A model generated the notes under the pieces. The model saw nothing but the letters and a program-made list of their open reading frames with translations, was not told where the DNA came from and ran no database searches. Shown here piece after piece: positions 48,241 through 61,763 of a stretch of DNA of 64,000 bases (position 1 is the stretch's first letter; each line of letters opens with the position of its first letter). The translations under genes and the position numbers were made by a program. Source of the stretch: Yuukianura sp. NJ FZ-2021 (Eukaryota); the NCBI GenBank assembly GCA_046563655.1, contig CM102287.1, forward strand, positions 9,672,001 to 9,736,000, read 5' to 3'.

Positions 48241-49880
48241 TGTTCAAGATTTCTTTTGCTTTCTTCGAGATCAGCAACAGAAAATTTCCTGTTGGTTTTC
48301 TGCGGATGATTTCCTGTTGAGCAGTAAGTACCGACCGCTTCTTCAACAGAAACTTTTTCTAAAAACTTTGACCTTTGACCTTAGTGCGTCCGTTGACGTG
48401 AACTATTATTACGTCCAGTGGCGACACAAATCAATTGAACAGTCGAAACCGGTCCAAGTTTTGTCACTTTTTCGAAACCAAAAACTGTCGAACTACGTTT
48501 AACTTTTCTGTTTTTGTCAAGACACATCACAAGTTACAATTAAAGTTTTTAGTGCAAATGTGGATTTGGTCAACAGTAAACATGTAAACACTGATCAAGT
48601 ACACACTAACTACTCTGAGTTAGGCTAGTCAAAGTTAGGTTGTGGAGGTATCGGACGCTGTTTGGTGACTGACTTGTTGAGCCAAATGAGTCGTGCTTTT
48701 TGTTCTTGTCCAACTACAGAAACTCTTCAACCCAAAATCCAACGTTAATCCCTGTTTGCATTCTAGAAGCTACACGAAGTGCCCCGATTTTGAGCAGCGT
48801 ACTATTTAGTTTACGCAACTGTTGATGCTGGAGCTGCAGCACAAGGGATTATAAGATGAAGTAAGAAACTGGAAAAATCCTCCTGGAATTTTCTGACGCG
48901 AACGAGTTTTAAAACAAGATTTTTTGGATTTTAGATTTCTACATAACGAAACTAACATCGCTCGTGACAGCATCAACTGCTCCTAAGCTGCTTAAGCACT
49001 TGGCAATTGCATCATGTGAGCTACTTAAGTGCAAAATGTATCACAAGGTGACCTCCGAACCCACGCGGCATCCAAAGGTCAACCACCTTTAATTTAAAAA
49101 AATCAAAAAGTTCCATGCCACGTTCTTAATTTACCTTAAAATTCTAAGAATCGGAGTAAATTTTGAAGGTTCTTGGCTTATGTGATGTTCTAAGATTTTT
49201 GAAAATTAAAAAATTCAACACTTTTTTTTTCAATTTCGATTTTTTCAGAATTGATGGTAGGAATTGTATGGAAGAATGAAACTTTGACCCCACTTTTTCA
49301 AAAGAAATGTTAGAAATTTTCAGGTTTTGGGTTGTTTGAACCGGTGGTGTTTTTGAACAATGGATTTTGGAGGATTTGAAGATTTAGAAACTGGGATAAG
49401 GGAGGGATTGACCTTGGACATTGTCCAGGACATGGACTACGACACATTGTGGACACTTCTGGAAGGCCACTTGAGTAAATGACTAATTGTTAAGTGTCAG
49501 CTGGAGTTTCTGGACACTTGAACACACTTGGACATTAAAAGAACTTACGGGCGTGGTCACTTCCAGGGAAAATGCGTCTTTACATGGGGAAATTCCAGCC
49601 AAAGCAAAATGATTCCCATAAAGTTCCATTGACAAGAGATAAACAAGACGACAAGGTTTAATCAACACGAAAACAACAGAGGATGACTTAATCTAGATGC
49701 AATTAACTAATATTTAATACAAAAATTAACAATTTACTCAAAACAAAACCCATTGTTTTCCCCCCAAAACACAAAACCTACCATAACCACATCAGAGGGA
49801 ATCATTTTGTAAAAATTAATTACAAATTTTAACTAAAATGGCAATTATTAATTAATAATTAGTGATTGTAATTAATTAAG

Positions 49881-52800
49881 TTAATTGTAGAAACCACGTG
49901 AGTGTGGGTATGGGTTCATGGGGCTCGTGGGAACGCAGAATTGAGCAGGAAATGCTGGGAGGAACGGTGGGCCGCGGGTGGCATAAATGTCAGAAGTGGG
50001 TTCACCTTCCATGTCACAGTAGTGGAGCTGAAATTTAAAACACACAATTAAAAACATTAGATAATTAATGCATAGAAAAACTTGTTCAAAATTTCATTTG
50101 ACCTCTACTGGGTCAATTTTTTTGTTTGCAGGGAAGGTCAAAGTTAACAGTTTTCACAAAACCATTTTGATCAGATTTTTTCGTAAAATCGTTGTGAATT
50201 TCCGCAATTTTCACGGAAAAGCGTTTTGAATCTTCACTTTCCGGAGACTCTTGTTGATTTCTTCTTGGAAAGCCGAGTTGACCTTCGTTGTTGTGAAATT
50301 TTTTGTTGACCTTGACCTTGGGAGTTCCACGACGCATGTGCCGACAAGTTTAATGAGTTGAGTGAACCTTGACCTTTACCTGGGATGATCTGCTTTTAGG
50401 TCTTTTTGGATTTGGTAGATTGAGATGCAAATGCCGATTGTCTTCGTAGAGGTCATCCAGTGTCGTGTCACAAGTTTCCGCTGAACGCCGAGCCGACGTG
50501 GAAGAAGTCACGAGGTTTGGCGTCTCCAGTGCTCCTCCAGCACTTCCATAACTCAGCGGCTCCGTCTGCTTCAAAAGAACAAAAAACAATAAATCGTTTA
50601 GCACTTTTGGCTAATCTCTCATGAAGATAGGTCAAAGGTCAACTTTTTTTCTCCTTCCGCTTTTTGACATTTGGTTTAAACACGATCACAGGCGCCAAGG
50701 GCTGTCTTAAAAAGTTGTAGTGCGTAAGTAGCCAAGGATTTCCATGAATCAGGTCAATGGAAAAAAAATTGCGCAATTTTTTTTATTCAAAACTAAAAGA
50801 ACAACGCAATTGGTCAAACTTTTTGTATACTTGCGGCATGGGACAAAAAGACTACAACTTTTTAGTTTTTGATTCATTCGTGGCGCTTCCAGTGCTTGTA
50901 GAGGAAGCGATTAGATTAAGCGATAGTACTCTAGTTACTTCTTCCTTAGTACTCAATTAGTAATTGGCCTTAAGAGTCTGAATCTTAGCTTTTCAGTTCT
51001 CAGGAACATCAAAATGGAAAAGTTGTGGACATCTCGGCGCCTAGCTTTTCTTTAGTTTTAGGAAAAAGTGCCAATTCAGTGCCGCTGCGACGCTGTGACG
51101 CTGCTCGGATGCCTTTTGAACACGTCGAGCGCTGGAATGACGCTTGATCGCCCTAAAAACAACTTTTGATCGCGTAGTAACCTCGATTTTTTTGAGTTTT
51201 GGTCTGGATTTGGAGCTAATCGGGCCATTGTCGAATTGGCTAAAAGCTAACAAAATTAGTGATAACTGGTTTAGAATGCGCTGAACCTTTGCGTCATTGC
51301 GTTTCAGGTCAAGTTGGGGTCACCACGTGTCAACACAGAAGACTATGCACTTGTCACGTAGTGTTTTCAAATCAAAATAAACAATTTTGTTGAAAATTTT
51401 GAAATTTGGAATTTTGAAATTTGTATTTTTGGACTTACGACGTAGAGATTTCCTGCAGCTAGACTTGGATCCACTTGGGCCCAGCGTAAGCGCTCGTCCA
51501 AGGTCATGTGTTGTTGGTACGGGGTCATTTGAGACTTGCCTAAATAACTCATCGCTTGTGAAGCCACGCCTCCGAATAAAGTACGGCTCATGATGGCCGC
51601 TTTTTGCTCTTCACGCTTCCAGCGTCGGCTGGAAACCAAAATTCGCAAATTATTTTCTGCAGTTTTGCTAAGAATTTGCCAATTTGCAAAAATTTTACCT
51701 CCACATGCAAAGACAAGCCAAAGTTAGACCGATGATGACAACAGCAGAAACGGAAGCTCCGATTGCGACGACCAAAACTTCACCGTCAATGTCACATTGA
51801 CTTCCGTAGTAGTTTCCGGCACATCTGAAAATTCAGAGGATTAGTTAGGACTTTTGACTTTTTGACGTTTTGGCTTTTTTGACGTTGATTTTGACTTTTT
51901 TTGACGTTTTTGACCTTACTTGCAAACATTTTGACCATTTTCGATAAGACACTCTCCTCTACCGTTACAATGGACTTTGGCGTTACACGATTCACATTTC
52001 CGACCACTCCGTCGTTTGTCTTTTTCAAATTTGTCGCCGTAGCCTGCGTTACAACGACATTCAAAAGAGCCGTAAGTGTTGACGCACTTGGCTTTTGGAT
52101 CGCAGTCATTCATCTCCGGATTCTCACATTCGTTCATGTCTAAAACGGAAATTCCAAAATTGAAATTCAAAAGAGTCACAAGGTGGAAAAAGTTTTTGAA
52201 TTTTGAAATTCTGACCTGCGATGGCGTTTATAGCGCTGATTGGTCCTTCGACTGTCAGTTGCGACTTTCCAAGGCCGTTGTGGTGCCGTGTGATGCTTTC
52301 AAAAAGTTGTCGCTGAACGTCACGTTTGACTTGATTTGTTGCGACATTTGGAACTTCCTGGAGCAAAACTGTTGAGTTTACGACAGCATGGCGACCGTCA
52401 AATCCAATCGCGTCTAATTTTGCACCGATGTATCCCCCATTACTAGTTGCAGAATCTCCAAAAATTGAATCCAACTGAAATTTTGAAAAGCCAAATTTTT
52501 TAAAAATTAAAATATACTTCTTTAAAAAAAGTTCCGTTTCAAGAACTTACTCCATGTACTGTCTCCCATTCCAGGCTTTGATAAATTTCGGAATTCGGAT
52601 TAAAATAATCTGGATTGTAGTTCAGTTTTTTCTCTCCAAGTTTATCCAACCGAATTGACACCACTAACGCCACGATTGCTAAAATTTTTAAAAAAATGAG
52701 TTTTAAAATTTAAAAACTTTCAAAATTTTGACATTTTCTCATTTTGATTTTCTCCTTTGAAAAAAAAACATTATTTCGACGTTGTAAAATATAGACAAAC

Positions 52801-55800
52801 CTTTGCAACTCTCGCGAAGGTTTAAAAAAAAAACGAAGTAGAAGTAGGGACAATTTCACAATTTGTATATTTTTTGAAAAAAAAATACTCAGGAAAAGAT
52901 GGAGGAAACTTTCGAATCAAATCAGACTGAGACTTGAACAAGAAAATTTAGTTCAAGGGCTTAAATTTTAGACAAACCTTTGCAACTTTCGCGATGTCGT
53001 TTTCTTGCGTATCCTGGACGACACATGCACGAGCTAACGCCACTTTCAGTGCGGCAACTTTCAAATTGTTCAACGTTACATGTGGAGTCATCCCCTACAA
53101 TACAAGTGTCAATTCGCACAGGAGGTGCTGAAGGTCGTCTGTTGTTCTGCGGACGCCGTATTATGCTCGGAGGAGCTCCGGATTTTTGAGACGTCGGAGC
53201 TTGCGATTCGTCGGAACCTGCGATTTTCAAACTCGTTGCGACACTTTTTGCCCCGCTGCTGCTGCTGCTGGTTGCAGGACTTCGGTTTTTGACCCCACTA
53301 GAACTAGAATGACCTTGAGACGATGGTGGGGCAAAAGGATGTGAAGGTGGACCAACTACTCCTGGGTGGCTCTTTGGTGGTGGGGCAGAACTGGTGGCTT
53401 GCCCCACCGTGGGACCGGCGGAGCTACCGGATCCATGTAGATTGAAATACGTTCGTTTTCCATCGATCGACACAAATTGTTCATTGCCATTTGGAGCTGT
53501 GATGATTTCGTGACTGTCTGCAACTATTTGAAATTGGATTAACTTTAAATTATTTTAATTAAATTAAAATATAATAATACATTATAATATGTAAAAATGC
53601 ATACCTGGAAAGGGACGCACAGTGGCTTGATTTCCATATTTTTGCTGAGCTGTGACCGTTACGTCAAAAATTTCCGGCCCTTTGTCTACTGCATCCGCTG
53701 CAACAACTTCTACGCTTCCGAATCCAACGTGACCTTGACCTTGACCTTGGTCACGCTTTGGCAGCTCTTCGTGTAAAACAATTCCTAAAAATTTTTGAAA
53801 AAGTTTAAAAAACTGTTCAAAATTTTGAAAAGTTTGCCTCCGTACTGAATTTGCTGTACTTTAATAAGTTTCAGTTACTTGTTGTGCCTTACCTGGACGC
53901 AGCGGTGGTGTGGAAATGCTTCCAAGACTCGTGCTGGTTCCAATTCCAATGTTTTTCTTATTGTTATTGAAAATGGGGGCGGGGGGTTTCTGAGGGGGCT
54001 GGGTGGAGGTGAAATCGGTGACCTTGACCTTTGAACTTTCACTACTGAAATTAGCCGTACTTCCACTGATTGGTGGTAAGTCGAATGTCTTAGTAGGTGT
54101 GATTTGTGGTGAAGTGGTAGAAGTGACAGAGATTGTTGAAGGTAGGTCGCTGGTTCGAGTCAAGGTAGCTTCAGTTTTGCTTGGTAAAAAAGTGGGAAGT
54201 TCCGAATCTGAATCGGAAGCGGTCGGTTCTAGATTTGTCGTTGGTTCTGCTTCTGCGCCGGCGTTTTGCGCCGGTAAATTTTCGTCTTCGTTGGACGAAC
54301 CAAACGGTTCCCAGATTTTGTTTTTGTCCGGAATGGATCCGTGCAGCATCTTTTCAGCATCTCTCTCATCATCTTCAATTGAATCAGTATGGAGTTGACC
54401 TTGAAGCGAAGTGGGCGGAGCTAAGTGACCTTGACCCCCCGGGGGCTTGGAGGACACTGGAACCAGCAGGGGTTTCTGGGGAACAACTTCTGGTATTTTT
54501 GGAATTTGATGCTGATTCGGTCGTTGAGCATTCGCAGTTTGTTGCTGAGGTACCGGTTGCTGATGGTGCTGAGGTACCGATTGCTGATGTTGCTGAAGTA
54601 CTGGTTGCTGATGTTGCTGAGATACCCCTTGCTGATTCTGCTGAGGTACCAATTGGTGATGTTGCTGAGGTACCAATTGCTCATGTTGCTGAGGTACCGC
54701 TTGCTGATGTTGCTGAGGTACCAGCTGTTGAGGAAGCGGTACGCCTAACTGGTACGGCGGCTCTGGAGTACCGTGACCTTTGACCTGAGTCAAAGCAAAT
54801 GGTGGACCAAGAGAAACAGTTTGATTGGCTGAAGAGTGAAGCAGTTCTAGCGGTATTGCTTCAAATGCCGGACGTTGGTCGGGTGCCGTCGGAATCGGTA
54901 CCGGTGGACCACGGTTGTTAATTCGAGTTGGTTTCGGTGTCGGACTTGTGGTTGAATAAAAAATTGGTTTTGTTGGATTGAACAAATTGTAGGGCCGGTT
55001 GAGCGGAATCTGCGGTGGAGTTGGTTGCTGATTTTGGAAATTTTGGTTTTGGAAGTTCTGATTTTGGAAATTCTGAGCTTGCAAATTTTGATTTTGAGGA
55101 TTCGAACTAACAAATGGCTGCGATTGGCCATTTCGGTTGAAATTGTTTTTATTTTGATTATTGTGAACTTTTCCGCCAAGAAGTTTCACAATTCCGTCAA
55201 TTATGTCTTGGACATCAGGACTTGCTTTTCTGGCCTCCTCCAAATCCAAGTTCCGTTGACCTCTTTGTAGTTGACCTTTTTGTAGTTGGCCTGTTGAACT
55301 TTGACCTTCTGGAAATCTGACCTCTGACCTGCCTTCTGGAAACACAATTCTCGGACTTGTTTCTGATTGGTCAATTTCATTGTCCTGGAACAAAGTTCTC
55401 CCGTTCAGAATCGCTGCTCTTTTGTTAATGTCATGTGAAGAGTGTAAAGCAGAAGGATCTGTAAAATTCACAAACAAAATTTTAAAATTTGAAGAAAATT
55501 GCAAATTTAAAAAAAAGTTTTTCCAAATTCCATTTCACAGAACTACTACTACGAACTGATTACTGTAAACCATTTTTTATAGACTCACTTGCCATTTGAG
55601 GCCAAATTCTCACATGATGGGTCATAACAGGATTCGTTAGTCATTCTACCTCTAAGTACTATTCGGCATGTGCGAATTTGTAAATTGCAAATTCGCAAAT
55701 TGATATTCGCAATTTGCCAATTTAGGACAGGGGATAGTTGGCACAAATGTGCAAAAATTGACATCGAAATGTGAAATATGACAGTCCAAAAGTCGAATCT

Positions 55801-58800
55801 GTCATTTAAGAAAATGAATAGGAATAAATTGGAAATGGGTGGACTCATTTTGAGAATGGTGGGACTCCGGTGGGACTTTGGTGGGGCAAAAGTGGGTCTC
55901 CGTCTGTCATGTCACGTGATGTGATTATAAATTGTGCTGGTAACAATGGATGTGTCTATTTTGAGGCTGAAGCAGAACAATGGAAGTTCTGCTCACAGTT
56001 TCTTCCCGTTCCGTTTCTATTTTGAGGTCAACCTAACGGTGAATTTGAAAGGCTAGGCAAAAGGCGAGAACAAAAACTTGAGTTATAGTCGCCATCATTA
56101 TCATTTTGAAGAAAAAAAAATCAAAGTTTGAAAATTTTCCAAAAATTTCAACTTTTCAGTTGAATCGTTTAATTAATTATTTGCTCAATTAAATTCCATG
56201 CTCCACTTAACGTAAAACTAAAACAAGGTTTTCAAATTTATGAGGTGACTAAAATTTCAATTAAGAAAGGAAACGATTAGTTGATACAATTTTTGAAACT
56301 TTCAAAAAGAACCAAAATGAAATTGATTGAAAAATGAATGAGCCGAAAAATTTCAGAAAATGAATTTCAGAAAATGAAAAATTTCAGAAAATGAAAATTT
56401 TATTTAAATATGGCAACGGCAAAAACGAAAATTGACACCGGAAGTAGCACTGCAACGGCCATTCTGTCCAGCAATTCCGCCGTGACCTTCCACTCTGACG
56501 CTCTTTGAACTTGTTGACCTTTGACCTTGAAATGCATTGCCAAAGCATTGATGCTCTCATCTCTGTCGACATTGTCCAGCGACGTATCCAGCAGTATCTT
56601 GTCATCGTCACTTCCGTCGTCCACTGGCCAATCAAGTCTTAGCGTTTTCGAAACTCTTTTTAGCGCCATTTTCAAACTGGCTGGAATCGCTGATCTCTTG
56701 GCATTCTTGTACCGAAGGTTCAAACTGACGAGAGTAAGCGCCAGCGTCAATATGCTTATGCCAATTGAAAAAGTGATGAAGGTCACCACTTGACCTCTGG
56801 CGACAACAAAAGTCAGCAAGGTCAAACTGACCATGATGTAAGGCAGTTTGTACGGCCCTGTAACTCCGAAGGTCACTAGAGGTAAAAAGAGCAACAAAAA
56901 CAAGGTCAACAGGCTGATTTTCGGTTTTGAGCGGTTTGATTTCAGCAAAATCCGGAACTTGAGTGTCGAAAATTCTTCGGCACAGCAGAGTCCGTCCGGT
57001 TCAATTGTAATAAACGACTCTATTATTCGTTTTTCAGCGATTGTCCAGTGGAGGTCAGAGGTCATTGACCCTTGACCTTGACCTTGCTCTTCTCCAATCA
57101 GATACTTTAGCTCCAGTCCTCTTCTGTCGTAGATCCACGAACGAAACTCAAATTCTAGCCGAACCGAATCCGAACGCTTGCCGAACCACTGTTCCGGAAT
57201 TCCGACTTCCAAGGTCTGACTCAAGGTCATAAAAACTAATCCAGAATGTTCAACACGCAAAAACTCTGAAACGGTTTCAGAAAAAGTCGAAACGGAATTG
57301 AAACAATGCGGATCCGGTTTCCAAATTCGGTTTGCCGGTATCACTAAACTTTCGTTCCAGGAAGCAGGACTCCATGATAGCTGGTCATCTATCCATTCTA
57401 AGTTCAAGGTCAAGTGAACTTCTGCCATGTCTTGGAGGTCATTGACCTTGACCCGATGTAAGTCAAGGTCAAGGTAGGCTGTAACTGGATGTGACTGGTT
57501 CCATACCGGGCGTGTGCCGGGATGTACCGGTTTGAGCAGCTCTTGAACCAGTTTGGCCGAATCCATCGGCATATCGTAGTCCCAGGGCCAAAGGTCAGCG
57601 TTGACCAGGTCAAAGGTCAACAACAAAGTCAGCTGAATCAGTTTTTGACGAAACAATAACATTACAAGGACAAACTTTTTCGCAAAGTTTGCTCTAAAAA
57701 CACAATGTGTACAGCTGCAGAACTGAAGTTGAAAACAAAACAGAATAAGCTAAACTTTTCCTAAATTTTGTTTCTACTGTTTCATTGTGAGTCAAAATTT
57801 TGAAAAAGTGGTCAATTGATGATTATTCAATTGTTACCAGCCATTTCCTCAATTTAGCCTAATTTAACTTTGTTAAACTTAACTTAATTTTAGTTAACGT
57901 GACTTCCCTAAACAAAAGCAAACACAACTTCAAAATCTCTTTTTTGTGTTTTTTTTTAACTTTTGTATAAGTTTCACGCCACGCAAAATTCTCCCAACAT
58001 AAAGCTTGACAAAAAACTTCTTGTTTTTAGGTAATTCTTCTGTTCCTGGAAGTTCACTTTTTAGACATTTAAACCTAACTATGTTTGAATTTCAAATTTT
58101 TTTCAGATTTTTGAAAAGTGGTTTTTTGAAATTTTGGGTATCATAATTTCAGAAAACGGAGAACGTGATGACCCAGTGGAGGATGTTAGCTGTTAATTTT
58201 AGGAGGTCCGTTACTCATCGGTTTGTTGAATTTGAAAAAAAAATTCAAAGTAAAAGTGGTTGGGCAAGTGAACTTTTGAATTGTTAGCCTTTTGCGGTTC
58301 CACTCCCTTGTTCACTCCTCTCATAAATTTATGAGTTTCAAATTTCGAAATTTTATCAATGCAATTTTGTAACTAGTCAATTTTGGATCCATGTAACTTT
58401 GTACTTTGTACTTTGTTAGCTGCGGTTGGTCTGGACCAATGGATTCTTATTGTGCGTCTCCTTTGACTTTGTCTCTTTAATTGGTGTTTGACCAAGGAGG
58501 CAATGACCGCGGCGGTGCAGTACCTTACAACAAACACGGTGCATCATGCGAAAAAGAATCACGTTTGTGCAAAAACTGTGCAAAAAAAAAAGTTTCAACA
58601 AGGTTTCAACTCCCACTTGTTTTGTGCCTTTCCTCTCCGCTTTTTTCAATCAAAAAATACAAAAGAAAAAATTAAATTTCTTCATCTTTTGAACTAAAAA
58701 CGAAGTCTAAAAATGAAAACCCGGAATTTTTAGACACATTTACCACCTGAAATCTAAAGCAAAATTTCGCATCAAATGAAAAAATAAAATTTTGAAATTT

Positions 58801-59055
58801 TTAAACGTCAGTAAAGTGCTTACTTGTAGAGGAAATTTGAGGTAGAAATGCAGTCACGAGAAATACAACACAAAGAAATGAACACACAAATTTTGAAAAA
58901 CTTTTATGAAAAATGGTAATTCCATTTTGGTTTTGCAAAAATCTTCTCCGTAGTTTCCAATTTGTCAAACTTTTTGTACTAATTTCAAAATGTTCTGAAC
59001 ACATTTCCAAATCATTTGTCTTCAAATCTACACCTTCACTGGCTTCTGGTTCCAT
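49881..59055 (-). CDS. pwn: pawn-like single-pass protein (mucin-like region, EGF, SEA, Ca-binding EGF, TM)
   Basis: EIFDVTVTAQQ, FVSIDGKRTYFNL, RIDTCIVGDDSTC..CMCRPGY, SEA-like region, DMNECENPEMNDC.., TM VLVVAIGASVSAVVIIGLTLACLCMW. The first exon (59055-58824) is tentative but has a hydrophobic segment and matches the phase of the acceptor at 55459. Confidence 0.75.
54540..54730 (-). repeat. Coding 24-bp repeat (PQQHQQxV-type, about 8 copies) in the pawn-like gene
   Basis: Repeated gttgctgaggtacc units. Confidence 0.85.
56400..57662 (-). CDS. Intronless divergent pentameric ligand-gated ion channel, nAChR alpha-like subunit
   Basis: 420-aa single ORF; signal peptide; RPVWNQSHP, WIDDQLSW, IWKPD, FRSWIY, vicinal CC in loop C; four hydrophobic segments; EWKVTAELLDRM before TM4. 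Confidence 0.85.
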   Translation of the reverse strand: MLLFRQKLIQLTLLLTFDLVNADLWPWDYDMPMDSAKLVQELLKPVHPGTRPVWNQSHPVTAYLDLDLHRVKVNDLQDMAEVHLTLNLEWIDDQLSWSPASWNESLVIPANRIWKPDPHCFNSVSTFSETVSEFLRVEHSGLVFMTLSQTLEVGIPEQWFGKRSDSVRLEFEFRSWIYDRRGLELKYLIGEEQGQGQGSMTSDLHWTIAEKRIIESFITIEPDGLCCAEEFSTLKFRILLKSNRSKPKISLLTLFLLLFLPLVTFGVTGPYKLPYIMVSLTLLTFVVARGQVVTFITFSIGISILTLALTLVSLNLRYKNAKRSAIPASLKMALKRVSKTLRLDWPVDDGSDDDKILLDTSLDNVDRDESINALAMHFKVKGQQVQRASEWKVTAELLDRMAVAVLLPVSIFVFAVAIFK

Positions 59056-61763
59056 TTTCAAAGAAGATTTTTTTGAGTTTCACCAGCACATTTTAAAATT
59101 TTCAGTTTATAAAAACTTTGCACTTTCTTGATTCTTTTTTTGAGAAACAACATTCGTAAATCTGCATTACGAAACAGACATGCTTAAAATCAAACCTTGA
59201 GAAATTTTGCTTGCTTTAAACTTTAAAACGGCACAAAAATTTGTTCGGTGTTTCAAAATCTAAATTTTTTGATGTTGAAAAGTTGAAAAGTCGGAATTTA
59301 CGCGTGTTTTTGTCAAAGTGGAGATCGATAGAGTGCATTTGGAAGACTGAGGACCGGGCAAGGATCTTTGTAAATTTTTTCAAGTGTTTTCTTGTCCGCT
59401 TGAGGAATTTTACAGGTGAGTTGATTGCTCATCGCCGCAAGGCATTTCCCAAGAAAAGAGGGGCGGGGGTTCAATTCAACCTCCCGTGTGGGGGGTTTTT
59501 GCAATTTTGGTGCAACAATAAAACCCTGACTTCCCTCTACTAAAAAGTTCATTGTTGCTCATCTTAAATTTCATGGTTCCCTTAACTCTTATTCTTTTAA
59601 ACTGCATTTGTAAAATTTACGATTCGCAAAAAATTGGATCACCAAACCTTTTAACTTTTCGCAACAACAAAAGGGAATTGCACCAAAATGCAAAGCAGCA
59701 AAGTGGTGTTCCAGAAAAACGAGACTTTATTGTTAAGCGATAAACCTTGCAGAAACTAAATTTTCGCAAATTCGCACAAAATAGGGAGAAATTGGCACAC
59801 GTAAAAAAGTTCAATACAATTAAATTCAATTTGGAACAAAACGGGACTCAAGATCCTTTTTCCGCCGAAGTTACAACAAAACTATTGTTTTCGTAGAAAA
59901 CAAACAAAAAATGCATTTTTTTGCACTTTTTATGAGTTTTTGCAAACAAGTGTTTTGTTCAGTAAATCAAGTTCATCACGCGAGTAAATAGTAATTGAAA
60001 AATTAAGTTTTGCAGTGTTGCAAAAAATTTCGCAAGCAGACCGGATACGGATGTTTGGAGGAGTGATGAAAGTTAGCAATTAGAAACCATAGTGGGGAAC
60101 GCCAATTTATGTACTCCAATTTGTAACGTATGCAATTTTGCCAATTTTTTTGCACTTTTGCAGTTTCCATTTTTGGGTTTACAAAATACGTCATCACTTT
60201 TTTGCAAGAAGTTTTTGGGGCCAGACGTGTGCGAAATTTGGAATGTGGTGCATATGTATTATTCACGAATCTGCCAAGTCGAAAGAGAAAGTTTGCAAAA
60301 AATGTTTTTTGCAAACTTCCAAAAATTAGCACACCTTTTCCTATTGTGTTTTTGAGCAACAATGTGGAAAGGAAATGGAGAGAGCGAATGAGCGACGTCT
60401 CAATTCAATTTTGTAACTTTTCAAAATTAGTCAACGTTTTTAAAATTTTGGTTTTGGTATGAGAGATATATGAGGCATGAAATTTTCAAAATTTTGAACT
60501 TTTGTCTTCCAGGTGGATTCATCTGCCTCGTTTTCTAAACTTTTCAAGACATTTAAAACGTGTTTGAACAAAAGTGTTAAAACTGGCACCGTGTGGGGCT
60601 TGTTTTTTCAAAATATGAGATTTTTTGAAAAATGATCTCAATTCTTAAAAGAATAAAAGAAAACTAACTTCAACTTGAGTTAAAAGCGGAATCTGAGCTC
60701 AAGAAAACAAAGAACGAAGAGGAATCAATCTTCACACACATGCTTAGAAGAAAACATGAAACAAAAACCACAAAGAACAAAAAGTGAACTTTTTTAAAAT
60801 TTGAATAACACTTTTTTGAAAATAGATCAAAGTTACATCTATTTTTAAATCTTGTTTTAAACAAAGGAGTTTCAGCAGATGCGTCTCGTCTCAAATCTCA
60901 TTTTCAGAAAGTGCTATTTTTCATCATGATTTCACTTCAAGTCAAAACAAAAACTGAAATTGATCTCCAAAATTTCAAGAATTTCTTTTGTTCTAAAAAT
61001 GTTCGAAATTTTGAACAAAAAATTCCGAGCCCCTTAAGGCCCTTCCTGTTTCAAACAAACTGACACTCATGTTCCGTAATTTGAGACTTGGAACCCTTCA
61101 AGGGGTCAAAGGTCAACGCTCATCTTTCACTTTCACACTATCTTTTCTTAAGTACAGATTTTTTTCTTCAAAATTATAAAATTTGAATTTTTTTTTAAAT
61201 GTTTGAAAATTTGAGGTTTGTAGGCCTCTTGTTAGCCACAGGACAGCAGGAAGTCAAATTTTTCCTTGTAAATGTGTTGAATAACAAAACAAAGATGTAG
61301 AACTATTTGATTCAGGAAAAACAGGGGTCCCTTAAGGGGTACCACTGCGGAACGGTGCGTCGTCAATCACGGTGACACCGTGCCACGGTGTCCGACCAGA
61401 AAGGGCCCTCTTGACACGTTCACCGCCTCCAAGCTTGTTCAACATCCCGAAGAACAGCCCCTTAAAGTGTCAATTTTCACTTCCGGTGACTTGGCATCTC
61501 CCTTAAGGGCCCCCTCCTTTCCATAGATTTAGAAGTTACATCCTTAGAGATGTCAAGTGACGAGGAGCATCTGTGGTGTCCCTCCAGGAACTTCCGAAAC
61601 TGACATGCTCATACACTTGTTTGAACACAGAAATCACTTCTCCTGTCATTAGTCATTCAGTTCCTATCCGAATTCGGGACAAACCACAAGTGCATCGTTT
61701 TTAAGCACTTCCAATTCCAAAAAAGAATTGAACTTTTTGAGAATTTTGAACTTTGAAAAAATA

